Positions 63,956 to 64,000 of a stretch of DNA of 64,000 nucleotides are shown here, piece by piece. Each line of letters opens with the position of its first letter. Position 1 is the stretch's first letter. Origin of the DNA: Octopus bimaculoides (taxonomy: Eukaryota). Both the position numbers and the translations under genes were made by a program. The stretch spans positions 15,750,905-15,814,904 of the forward strand of contig NC_069004.1 of the NCBI RefSeq assembly GCF_001194135.2. Reading direction: 5' to 3'. Below the pieces are notes generated by a model. That model did not search any database. It worked only from the letters and a program-made list of their open reading frames with translations, and was not told where the DNA came from.

Positions 63956-64000
63956 TAATATATATATACATATACGTATATATACAACGGACTTCTTTCA

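Noticed and set aside
63960-64000. Repeat of 63767-63810 at the window edge
   Set aside because: It is truncated by the window end and lies within a SINE/microsatellite, so it cannot be interpreted.

Overview
AT-rich, repeat-dense eukaryotic genomic DNA from a gapped draft assembly. The tRNA-derived SINEs, RTE LINEs and microsatellite load suggest an octopod cephalopod, probably Octopus; this is an inference. The window holds two convergent spliced genes that the ORF track only catches in pieces. (1) On the + strand, the last seven coding exons of a TRAPPC9 (NIBP/Trs120) orthologue (4834-22608) splice in frame to a stop followed by polyA signals. The intron at 10273-13761 has full U12-type (minor spliceosome) signals. 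(2) On the - strand, the last five coding exons of a divergent SLC16/MCT-family MFS transporter (50478 down to 36775) cover about TM3-TM12; the exon(s) for TM1-2 are not visible. The rest is decayed mobile elements (R4/Dong-like, RTE, CR1-like and Penelope-like retroelements; piggyBac, mariner and hAT transposons; Helentron-like ends; SINEs), plus many palindromes, fold-backs and local inverted duplications, most of them inside introns. No intact transposase or RT ORF, RNA gene or CRISPR array was found. Family assignments come from motifs recalled from memory; no database search was run.
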